Origin: Macrostomum lignano
Taxonomy: Eukaryota
DNA length: 52,899 nucleotides
Assembly: GCA_002269645.1 (NCBI GenBank)
Contig: NIVC01004258.1
Location: 1 to 52,899, forward strand
Direction: 5' to 3'
The translations under genes were made by a program, and so were the position numbers. How positions within the stretch are numbered: the stretch's first letter is position 1; each line of letters starts with the position of its first letter. Shown one piece after another: positions 9,669 through 22,100 of the stretch. The notes under the pieces are model-generated. The model did no database searches. It worked only from the letters and a program-made list of their open reading frames with translations, and had not been told where the DNA came from.

Positions 9669-12006
9669 CTACCATTGTTCTATAATTAACATCAAAAGGC
9701 TTTTTTGATTATCATATTTTATATTCTAGGGTCTGGGGTAATAAAAGAGGTGGAATTATATTCTTGCAAAAATTAACTTGATTCTCTCATTTTTTCATGT
9801 CTATCAAAGAGAGAAGCTACCCCTTTGGCCCCATAAATCCCTGTTCACAGAACCTAATAATTCTCCTTGCATTTAAAATAAAAAATCTCAATCTAGCCTC
9901 CACTAGGCTTACCTTCAAAATTATTTTGATAGTAGTACTTCAAAAACTACTCTACTAACTTAGTGGTAAAGACAAAGTATATCTACACAATGCTTATAGG
10001 AGATAAAAATCTATTGCATAAGACCCCAACCCTAGGCACTTAAAGCTTTAAAACTAGCAATATTCATTTATTTTTACTATTTAATACAGTATTTTCACAA
10101 GGTCAAAATTTCACATTGAAAACTCTAGTAACACTTCATAAGGTTAAAATTTTATAATATCAATAAACTTTAGCAAAGGATTTTGGCATTCTTTTATTAT
10201 GCAATCCCCTTTGTTGCACTGTTTTGTTATATGATATGATCCTCTTGCACCTAGTTGATGCATTGCCATTGATTTATTATTAGATCCCCATTAAAAAAGT
10301 CAAAGCAAGGTCAGTCTTCACTTTATCATAATGAAATTAAATAATTAAAAATACAAATCAATGAGAAGCCACACTAAATATTCATTTTCATAATATGATC
10401 CCTTAAATAGTAAATTTGGCAAATGTAGAATCTGATATGATAATGAAAATGAAGAGGGTATTCATTTCGTGATCACTTCATTAACAATTTTGTATCATGT
10501 AGATTACAAAAAAAGTAATACAATTATTTTTATAATATTATCCTCAACTTCTTATGGCCATTGCCATGTATAACTATGGCAGAATTCTAGACCTATCAAT
10601 ATCATCTAACTAACTAAAGTAAAGTATTTAATTTCATTTGGTTTATCATCTCTGTTATTTATCAGGAACAACTAAAACTACTAAGAAAATATAAAAAAAT
10701 GGGAGCTTATTTTTTGTCTTTGACTATACAAAATTAATGTTTTTGTTTTGCGATATAAGCCTTTTTTTATTCTAATATACTCAAGTAAGTTGACTGCCAA
10801 GGGGCTTCTATAACTTTTTAATAAGCTCTAAAAATTGTTCATCTATAGTTAAGAAACAAAGCCATGCTACAAAAGTGCAGCATCTGAGGATGCAGATCAA
10901 ACTATAACTCTAAAACTAAATGAACAAGAATCTTTTCTTTTCCAACTAAGCCCAATTCATATAAGCTTTGGAAAATGGCATTGCCAAATTTTATTGAGAT
11001 AAATCTCCCAGTCAATTTCTAAGCATTGTGCAATTGTTTCTTCAAAATTGCCTAAAATAATTATTTTAGATCATAACAGTGCATATGAGCATTTATAAGA
11101 ACCATTGGCCTATGGACGCTCCAATGTAAAATGGTTTCAATTCTGAAAAATAACTCTTGCTATTAAAAGACATGCAACTGCAAAGGAGGGTATCAATAGA
11201 ATAGATATTATTTTTGATAAGAGCATTCTTGCAAGGGAATTTATAGAAAAAGTATCATAGGGGGCCTATGGAAAATGGTGTCATCTTTGTCAAATTATCA
11301 ATGGCTATTCAATTTTTTATATTTATATTATAGCTACTTTATTATTTATTTACCAATACGCGCAACTCATGTGCAAAAATTATTCTTTTCTCTTGGCAAG
11401 TACTAAGGCTTACCTTCCCACTAAAAAGAAGTCTACTATTATCGATAATGTTACTCAAAGATTTATAAACATTTTTAAAGGCTTGGTAAGGCACTTGTCA
11501 AAAGTTGCCTTGCTTCAAACATACATATACCACTTTTTCTTACAAGTTTTTATTCTTTTTTATGTCAATGTTCCTTTATACTTTGTTATGACCATTTGCC
11601 ACTAGTATTGTACTATTGTACACCATTTTGTATATATTAGGGCCTATTCAGAATTTTAATAAAACACATTTGGCTCTGTACAGCAAGGGTTCTACTACGA
11701 CTTGCTAGTTATATAAGAAAAAAATTTCACGACATTTCTACACCAATTCTAATTTTATTTTTCAATATAATTAAAGTATCTCAGCTATAGGACCATAGAA
11801 GAATGAACAAACTTTTTGCCATGATATGGCTTGTTTCACGTCCTGGTAGTTTTAGTTGTCCCTATTATATATATTGTTAAACATCAAACAGTCAGCTCAT
11901 AATGATAAATAGATTCCTAAAACCAAGCAAGCCGAGCTGTGCCATTTTAATAGTTTTTAGGCATAGGACATGTAGAATTGTATGTTTTTGTTATGTAAGG
12001 AATTGG

Positions 12007-12418
12007 GGCAATGTCCTAGTTTCACCTGTTAAATTATTTTGACCTGAAATTTAAAATGAACAAACAAAAGCAAGTTTATTAAAAGTTTAAAATGAGTCTT
12101 AGGTCTTAAAAGGAGTATTACAGGGTGTAGTAATGTGTCAGCCAGTACAGAAAGCTTCCTGACGGTGGCTGCAGTTCCATGAGTTTGCTATTAGATGATA
12201 GGTTGCCAGCCAATGCATTGTCGACTCAGCATCAACTGTCAAGTGTCAACAGCACCAGATCGCAGTGACTGATCTCAATGTCACAGAGGTCAGTTGATGG
12301 CTGCAAATTAGCAGGAGGTATGATATTTGCAGTGCTCGAGGTCATCCAGCCATGATTTGTGCTGAAAATGACAAAAATCGGGTCAAAATAATTTAATGCG
12401 GGAAACTAGGACATTGCC
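12007..12418. mobile_element. Merlin-type MITE (412 bp)
   Basis: ~40-bp imperfect TIRs starting GGCAATGTCCTAGTTTC. Perfect 8-bp TSD GGAATTGG (11999-12006, 12419-12426). GG-initiated TIR plus 8-bp TSD fits Merlin; it shares the GGCAAT terminus with the element at 49888. Confidence 0.82.
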
Positions 12419-13125
12419 GGAATTGGATAGGGGGCCTATAAAATAAACATAGAATCTTAATATTCTGAACGAAAAGATTTATGAATATCAATTGAGCTAT
12501 ATGAAAGGCACAACATATCAAAGGATAAACACTGGCTCGGCCTCTTATCGGAATCAGTAACCATTTTTGTGCTGAAAAAAATAAAACTCCCTATCTCCGT
12601 AGTGTATTGTTTTCGAAAATACTTTTCCAAGAAACGGATTTTCCCGGACCTCTTTTATTTAAGTTAAGTAGTAGTCAACATAAAGAGTAAGAGTTCTGCA
12701 AGTATTGTTCAGTAGAATTTTTAAAGTAATTCTTAAACTAAAAAGTAATAAAACTAAATTATACACTACTTAGCATTTAACACTTGTTTTACTTTATGTA
12801 AAGACTGGCACAGTTTTAACACTGCCTTTCTGCAAAATTTTTTTTTGGGCTTAAATAAGTCAAATTATGGTTTTTTACTACTCTGCACAAGTTTTAGTTT
12901 TAAACATTTGTTTCTAAAGCGTTGTCTACGCAGATGTCTTTTCGCTTTTGATTACATCAATTTTAAATAATTTTCGTACAGGTTGAGGCGTTAAAGATAT
13001 TATTTATCTTATTACGATTTTACTTGCTGTAGTTTTACCTGAACCTGGCATAGGACTGCTCACGAAGTCTTCAACTTGATTGCTGCTTTTTAATTCAACA
13101 ACAAACAGAGTTTAAATTTTGAATC

Positions 13126-16100
13126 ATGGGTGTGCCCAAGTTTTTCAGATGGATAAGCGAGCGATATCCATGTCTGTCAGAAATTGTTCGAGAACATGAG
13201 GTATTTTTGAGTCTCTGACTTCAGTTTTTGTACAAATATTTAGTTTTATTAATATAAATATTTTTGGCTTTTAGGATCATATTAGTATTATTATTTAGGT
13301 CTACATACTTGCAAAAAATGTACTTATAGCTGATGCATTATTCATAAAACAAATATGATGTATTAGGCCTACTATTTTTGATTAGGCCTAGGCTAATCAT
13401 TTTTACTTCTACTACCAGGATTTTGATACCATTATAGGTAGCTCAAAGCAGTAGCACAACCAAAAGTTTTTTGAGGGGGGGGGCAGATTCTAAGGGAACC
13501 AGTTAATTTGGTGACAAATCAATTCAGTGATAGTCAATTTGGCAACATGCCTTTTGTCAGTTTTAAATGTAAAATGTATTTTAGTAAAACTAATGTTGAG
13601 ATGCAAGTAACAAGTACAAAATGTCCCTCTTAGAAAGCCACCAGCAAGTTGCTAGCAATCAGTAGCAATTTAGTGGCATTTTTTTCTCAACAAATGCTAA
13701 ATAACCATCAAAGTATTTAAGCCTAATATGTTGGGTCAGATAGGAAAATAGTATACATGGCCATGTATCCCCCAGCATATACTAGTGCCTATGTCTCTGT
13801 GGTTTCAGTCCATTTCAGCAAAAGCCTACATCTGCAAAGCCCACTTTAATGAAAGACCATTTCGAAGAATCTACTTAGGCAAATACAATGACTACTTCAG
13901 CAAACAAAACATTTAATATAGGGCGAAATCCAAAAACATGGGATAAAATGGTAAAACAAATCTGCGGACATTCAATGGAAAGTAATGTATCTAAAAAAGG
14001 TTTTTGAAAGATAGATAGGTCTTTAGAAAATAGTTCTGGATAAAAACTATTGTTTTCATGCTTTATATTGTTGAATAAATAAGAAAAAACCACAAAAAAA
14101 GCTTTTTGAAAGTCCGAGTTGACTGATTTGCAATTTTTTGTTTCACTTTTTTCATTATTAAACAATTAATTTTAAGACTTGTAGGCCTTAGAGAAGGCTA
14201 ATTTTTTTACTACTTACAAAACAGAAAGTAATCTGTGTTTTACTTTTTATTCAATTCAAAAAGATGAAGTATTTCTAAGGATTTCAAAGTTTTTCTAAAA
14301 CCATATAAACTCGCAAAAATTCATACTAATATAAAGTGCAAAGTTTGCCAGCAAACATCTTTTTCTAAAAGTAAATATATCGCTAATTCCTTGTTGAAAA
14401 ATAATCTTTAAGTTGTTTTCTTTCATTTAAATATCAACTTGCATAGTATTAGTATTTGTAATATGCCTATATTTAGACTTAAAAATTTTGGGTAAAAAAT
14501 GGTACCACAAAATGTGAACCCGGCATCCAAAGCAGATGCTTACTGTGTATGCTCATTAAGCGACGAAGAACAATGAAATTACACTAAAACATGTATCATC
14601 GTGGCGTGTATGCAGGAAAAAAAGAATTTTCCAAATTGCTTCAGTAGAAGCTGAGTAAAATGCAATTTTCCAATCCTTATGGGAATTCCAATGTGTTACC
14701 CGGCTTCCAAATCAGATACTTACTGTATGCTTATTAAGCGACGAAGAACAATGAAATTACACTAAAACATGTATCATCGCGGCATGTATGCAGGAAGAAA
14801 GAATTTTCCAAATCGCTTCAGTAGAAGCTGAGTAAAATGCAATTTTCCAATCCTTATGGGAATTCCAATGTGTTACCCGGCTTCCAAATCAGATGCTTAC
14901 TGTATGCTTATTAAGCGACGAAGAACAATGAAATTACACTAAAACATGTATCATCGCAGTGTGTATGCAGGAAAAAAAGAATTTTCCAAATCGCTTTAGT
15001 AGAAGCTGAGTAAAATGCAATTTTCCGATCCTTACGGGAATTTGTATGTTTAAATAATAAACTTATGTTGAATACAATTTATTGCAAACGAACTCTACAA
15101 AATACACGTTGTCAAGAGTAACGAAAGTGATAAACAAATAAAACCTTAAAATAATGTTAAATATGTTGTAGAATTATAGAGTGTAACATTATAAGATAGT
15201 TAAAGTTAATAAAATACATTATTATAGCTTTTCAATCATTTTCATTAGACTCATTTTAGGTCGTAATTAAACTTACCGTTTTAACAAATCATTTTATTAA
15301 AAATAAAGCTATACAAAAATAATTTGTGCTTTAATAGACTTTTTTACTTTTTAAAAACTTGAATAAATTTATTTTATAGCTTTATTGCTTTCAAATTGCC
15401 AAAAAACGAATTTTCATAAAACTTGCCCCTGATTTTTGGATTTCCCCATAGTTTATTTAACTTTATATAATTGAATGTTAAATTAAAAGTATTGAATTAC
15501 TAGCTACAACTCAAAATTAAGTACTCAAAATTATTACAACTTTTATCGCCTTTGTTATGCTTTCTTAACATATTATATAGTCAGTCCACTCTTATTATCA
15601 CTTAATTATAAGAAATGGATATTAATTTCTCTATTAGAGATAAACTCATGCTAGCAGTCCATTGTCTTGTTTTGTAAACAAATGTTTTGTTAAGCTCCAT
15701 AGGCTTTGCCAAAATGGTCATTTTATTTGCATAATAGATTCTCTAAAATTGTCTTTTGCCAAAATGATCAGTACCCTATCTCTATAGAAAGTATAAAATG
15801 TTATATATATTTTTGAAAACATACAATTTGACATGATTAAAACCATTTTTCTATATTTAATGGCATATACATACGTAACCTTGGGAATCATTTTGCCATT
15901 TCTATTGACAATATATACATGTAAGTCACTGTTGGCTAAGAGTAGTCACATGACTACTATTTTGTCCAATAGCAATTTACATGTGTTGTTAATAGAAATG
16001 GCTGGGTGAATCCCTAGGTTGCACCTAAGCATAGAATGGTAAAGGCAAAAGGCAGTGTTTATATATAGCTCGTACATATTTAGAATTCAATGAGTTGTAG

Positions 16101-19100
16101 TAGCTTAATGCTTTAGCTTTTAGCATTCGCCAAATTGGTTGTCACCAAACCAACTTGTCACCAAATTGGTTGTTGCCAAATTGGCTTGTTGTTGAATTGA
16201 CTGGAAGCTGATTCTGGAAGGTAAAGACTTGAAAAGGAGGCAAAGAGGTAGCTTTGTTTTTTTGTAAAAATTTGCTTGATCTCCCCTTTGATTTTTTCTA
16301 GTCTTTGTCTAAGGGGGGTGTCAGGGCCATTGTATACCCTATGTGAGTGTGGATAAGTGCTGGCCAGGATATAATAACCACATACTTTTATGTGCTCATA
16401 TGGGCAAAATTGGCCTTAGACTAGTTATGGAATAATGTCTTTGTTTCAGGGTGCTTGCCAACACTTTAAAAATATATTTATAGCTACTAGCAGTAGCACT
16501 TAATATTTTATAACAACTTTGTCTTGTCATTGGCAATATGATGATATTAAGGCAATAAAGCAGCATATTTGAAAAACTGATTGATATTTTATTGTCTTGT
16601 ATTGCTCAAGTGGTCATGAGTAAAAAATTAGCTATTTTAAACCACATTAACTGCTCAGATCCCGGAGTTTGACAATCTCTACCTGGACATGAACGGCATC
16701 ATTCACCCGTGCTCGCATCCCGAGGATGACAATATCCACTTCCGCATGTCCGAGGAGCAGATGTTCAAGAATGTGATGAACTATGTAGATTTCATCTTTC
16801 GCATGATCAAGCCTAAAAAAGTGTTCTTCATGGCCGTTGATGGCGTTGCTCCCAGGTAATTTTTGTGTTTGCTGCTTTATATGCAACGTGGAAGATCCCA
16901 TGTTCCTGATCCCAAGATCCCATTTCTCTCAGTTTGTTCTAAGATCCCTATGTCTGTCAGCTGATCCCAATATCCCATGTCTGTCAGCTGTTCCCAATAT
17001 CCCATGCCTGTCAGCTGATCTAAATATCTCAAATCTCTCTGTCAGCTAATCCCAATATCCCATGCCTGTCAGCTGATCCCAATATCCCATATCTGTCAGC
17101 TGATCCCAAAATCCCATGTCTGTCAGCTGATCTGATTTCAAAATCCCATGCCTGTCAGCTGATCCCAATATTCCATGTCTGTCAGCTGATCCCAATATCC
17201 CATATCTGTCAGCTGATCCCAATATCCCATCTCTGTCAGCTGATCCCACTATCCCATATCTGTCAGCTGATCCCAATATCCCATGTCTGTCAGCTGTTCC
17301 CAATATCCCATGCCTGTCAGCTGATCCCAATATCTCATATCTCTCTGTCAGCTAATCCCAATATCCCATGCCTGTCAGCTGATCCCAATATCCCATATCT
17401 GTCAGCTGATCCCAAAATCCCATGCCTGTCAGCTGATCCCAATATCCCATGTCTGTCAGCTGTTCCCAATATCCCATGCCTGTCAGCTGATCCCAATATC
17501 TCATATCTCTCTGTCAGCTAATCCCAATATCCCATGCCTGTCAGCTGATCCCAATATCCCATATTTGTCAGCTGATCCGAATATCCCATGTCAGTCAGCT
17601 GATCCCAATATCCCATATTTGTCAGCTGATCCCAATATCCCATATTTGTCAGCTGATCCCAATATCCCATATTTGTCAGCTGATCCCAATATCCCATGTC
17701 TGTCAGCTGATCCGAATATCCCATGTCAGTCAGCTGATCCGAATATCCCATGTCAGTCAGCTGATCCCAATATCCCATGTCTGTCAAAGAATCCCAAGTT
17801 TCTCCCCCCGCTCGCCCCCAGAGCCAAGATGAACCAGCAGCGGTCCCGCCGGTTCCGCTCAGCCAAGGAGGCCGAGTCGCAGGAGGCGCGGGCCATCCGC
17901 AAAGGCGAGACGCTGCCGTCCGAGTCCCGCTTCGACTCGAACTGCATTACGCCAGGCACGCCATTCATGGCCCGCCTGCAGGACGCCCTGACCGAGTTTG
18001 CCCAGCGCAAGGTGGCCGAGGACCCGCTGTGGCGCGGCATCCGGGTTGTGCTGTCTGGCCACCAGACTCCCGGCGAGGGTGAGCACAAGATCATGGAGTT
18101 CATTCGCTATGAGCGCAGCCTGCCGGACTATGACCCCGACACCCGGCACTGCCTGTACGGCCTGGACGCTGACCTCATCATGCTGGGCCTGGCCAGCCAT
18201 CAGGCGCACTTCTCGCTGCTCAGAGAGGAGGTGAGCAGTAGGCAATTCGTGTACTTCGGAATTCTGTAGACGCCCCTAGATGTGCAACTTCAACTCGAGT
18301 GTTTTCATTGTTTCGGTGCTTTAAGAGCTTAGTCTATGGCCATAACTGACAGGTCTGATTTCTCATCGGAAAAGTCGATAGTAATTCGCGCTAAATATGT
18401 CTAAAAGTAGGCTAAAGCAGAGTCTAGGAGCAAGTGGGTTCTATCACTCACTTCTCACTTCAAATTTCGAGTCTCTTAAAATAAATTTTTATATCCTTAG
18501 CAGGCTACTGACAACTGGCGATGAGTAGTAAGCAAAGTAAATAGAGTATTTCAGAGAATTCAATTTACAAATACCTAAGAAAGATCGCTCTCTCCTCTGC
18601 AGGTTCGGTTCGGCGGCAAAAAGGACAAGAAGTCTCACGGCAAGGCCAGCGCCCCGGAGACCATCACCTTCTTCCTGCTGCACCTGTCACTGCTACGCGA
18701 CTACATCGACATCGAGTTTCGCAGCCTCCGAGCCGACCTCAAATTCGGCTACGATCTCGAGCGAATCATCGACGACTGGGTGCTGCTCGGCTTCCTGGTT
18801 GGCAACGACTTCCTGCCTCACCTTCCGGATCTGCACATCCATTCAGAGGCCCTGCCGATGCTGTGGAACACCTACAAGAAAGTGCTTCCCACTTTAGATG
18901 GCTACCTGCAGTGCAATGGAGAAATTGCCCTGCACCGGCTGCAGGTGCGCAACTGCTTTTGGTTGGTGGGAAAGTAGAGAGACATGTTAAGTATGTCCGA
19001 TTCCCCTATCCTACATTAGCATTATAGAATTCCCCTGTCCTACATTAGCATTTTAGAATTCCCCTGTCCTACATTAGCATTTTAGAATTCACCTGTCCTA

Positions 19101-22100
19101 CATTAGCTTAATAGAATTCCCTTGTCCTACATTAGCATTTTAGAATTCACCTGTCCTACATTAGCATTATAGAATTCCCCTATCCTACATTAGCATTTTA
19201 GAATTCCCCTGTCCTACATTAGCATTTTAGAATTCACCTGTCCTACATTAGCATAATAGAATTCCCTTGTCCTACATTAGCATTTTAGAATTCACCTGTC
19301 CTACATTAGCATAATAGAATTCCCTTGTCCTACATAAGCATTATAGGATTCCCCTGGTCTACATTAGCATTATAGGATTCCCCTGTCCTACATTAGCATT
19401 ATAGAATTCCCCTGTGCTACACCAACATTTTAGAATTCCCCTATCCTATAACCAACATAGAATTCCCCTATCCTATAACCAACATAGAATTCCCCTGCTC
19501 TATAGCCAGATAGAATTCCCTGTCACACTGCAGCCAGACAGAAGTCCCGATACCTGAAGTGCGGCAGTCCTCAGTCTCCCCACCTCCCGCCGCCCCCCAG
19601 GCCTACTTCGCCACCCTGGCCCAGTTCGACGATGACACCCTGCGCGAGAAGTGCAGCGACATGCGCTGGATGAAGGGCCGCCAAGGTGAGCGGATGGCGC
19701 GTGAGCTGGAGCGGCTCGGCCAGCCGCCCGACCTGCTGGACAACCTCCTGGCCGACGGGGCCAGCGGCAACAGCGCCGGGACCGAGGACTCGGACTCCAC
19801 CAGTGAGGACGATTTCCTCGCCGACGAGATGCAGATGATGAAGCAGGAGTACTATCAGGTCAGTGTTGTTCCGATAGTGAAATCCCTATGTTTCTACTGT
19901 AAGTAGACTTGTGCGAACTAAATTCATGATATCATGTTTTCTCAATTCGTGCAGGGCAAGATGGGCCTGCAATTCGACGAGACAGAGCGCCGTCGGCAGA
20001 CCCGAGAGTACGTGCGCGGCCTGCAGTGGGTGCTGTACTATTACTACAGGGGCGTGCCTTCGTGGGGCTGGTTCTACCCGCAGCACTACGCTCCGTGAGT
20101 GGCTCTCTGCTATTTTGTGTAGCTGGCCTATTAGAGATCGCCTACTAATAGTAGCAAGAGAACACTATCGAGCTAATCTCTTTGTAGTATGTGTAAAAAG
20201 GTTTGCGTTGTACACATTTAAAAGCTCTCAGCTATCCTTGTTCCCTCGCTTAGAAATTGACCGGGTTACGGTGATCCGGGTCCAGAGTTTGGAAGTTTCC
20301 TTGTGAAGGATCATAAATGGAAGATCCTGGTGGAGGATCCGTGTGGAAGATCCGGGTGAAATATCCTGGTTTAGTATCCTGGTGGTGGTGGAAGATCCGG
20401 GTGGAGGATCCTGTTGAAAGATCCGGGTGGAGGATCTGGGTGGAGGATCCTGTTGGAAGATCCTGGTAGATAATCCGGAATTGAGAATCCGGGTGGAGGA
20501 TCCCGTTGAAAGATTCGGGTAGATAATCCGGAATTGAGAATCCGGGTGGAGGATCCTGTTGAAAGATTCGGGTAGATAATCCGGAATTGAGAATCCGGGT
20601 GGAGGATCCTGTTGAAAGATTCGGGTAGATAATCCGGAATTGAGAATCCGGCTGGAGGATCCTGTTGAAAGATCCTGGTAGAGGATCCGGCTGGAGGATC
20701 CTGTTGAAAGATCCTGGTAGAGGATCCGGCTGGAGGATCCTGTTGAAAGATCCTGGTAGAGGATCCGGCTGGAGGATCCTGTTGAAAGATCCTGGTAGAG
20801 GATCCGGCTGGAGGATCCTGTTGAAAGATCCTGGTAAATAATCCGGGTGGAGGATCCTGTTGAAAGATTCGGGTAGAGGATCCGGGTGGACATGTTTTAC
20901 ATGGCTCGGTGGTTTTTAAATTCCCGACCCCGAAAGGCTTCCCCCAACCCACCGATCTTCAGCTACATCTCGGACGTGCGCGACTTCGCGGACCTGGACC
21001 TGCAGTTCGACCTCGGCCACCCGTTCCTGCCCTTCCAGCAGCTCATGGCCGTCCTGCCCGCGGCCAGCGGCCCCCTGCTGCCCGACTGCCTCCGGCCGCT
21101 CATGGACTCGGTCGACTCGCCCGTGCAGCAGTTCTACCCGGCCGAGTTCGAGACCGACCTGAACGGCAAGAAGCAGGACTGGGAGGCCGTGGTGCTGATC
21201 CCATTCATTGACGAGGACGAGCTGCTGGCGGCCATGCGGCCCCGCCTGCCGCAGCTCACCGAGGAGGAGCGGGCCAGGAACTGCTTCCGGCCGCACCTGC
21301 TGTTCCAGTGGGACCCGGCCAGCCGCAACTGCAGGCGCACCGAGATCGAGCCGTTTGGTTTCCGGATTAGCGCCGACAAACTGGCGCCGCCCGTGTGCCG
21401 CGCCGCCCACCTGCCCGGCTTTCCCGTGCTGCGCGGCCTGCCGTTCACCGCCGAGCTGCGCAAAACCGGCGTGAAGGTGTTCCAGTTCGCCAGCCGGGGC
21501 GAGAACACCGTGCTCACCCTCACTGACTGCGAGTTTGACGAAGACCGGGTGCAGCGGGCGGCCGCCGCCCTGCTGGGCAAAACTGTGCTGGCCGGCTGGC
21601 CGCACCTCAGCGAGGTGCACGCGGTGGCCGTCAGCTCAACCACCCGGCGCTACACGCTCGGCCCGGACGGCGCCATCCAGTGCGAGCAGCTCTCCGACAG
21701 GGACGCAGCACTCATGAAGAGCCAGTGGGATCTGGTGCGGCAGGAGTCTTGGAACCGGTACGGCATCTCCGTTGGCGGTGAGTGCCTGGGATCTTGCTAT
21801 CTACAGCTGCCTCAAATCCCCAGTGTGCTCACAGCTGCCTCAAATCCCCAGTGTGCTCACAGCTGCCTCAAATCCCCAGTGTGCTCACAGCTGCCTCAAA
21901 TCCCAAGTGTGCTCACAGCTGCCTCAAATCCCAAGTGTGCTCACAGCTGTCCCAAATCCCCAGTGTGCTCACAGCTGTCCCAAATCCTCAGTGTGCTCAC
22001 AGCTGTCCCAAATCCCCAGTGTGCTCACAGCTGTCCCAAATCCCCAGTGTGCTCACAGCTGTCCCAAATCCCCAGTGTACTCACAGCTGTCCCAAATCCC

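Noticed and set aside
9700-16600. Short AT-rich ORFs (11369-11605, 13875-14165)
   Set aside because: Random-looking F/I/K/N-rich translations in intergenic or intronic DNA.
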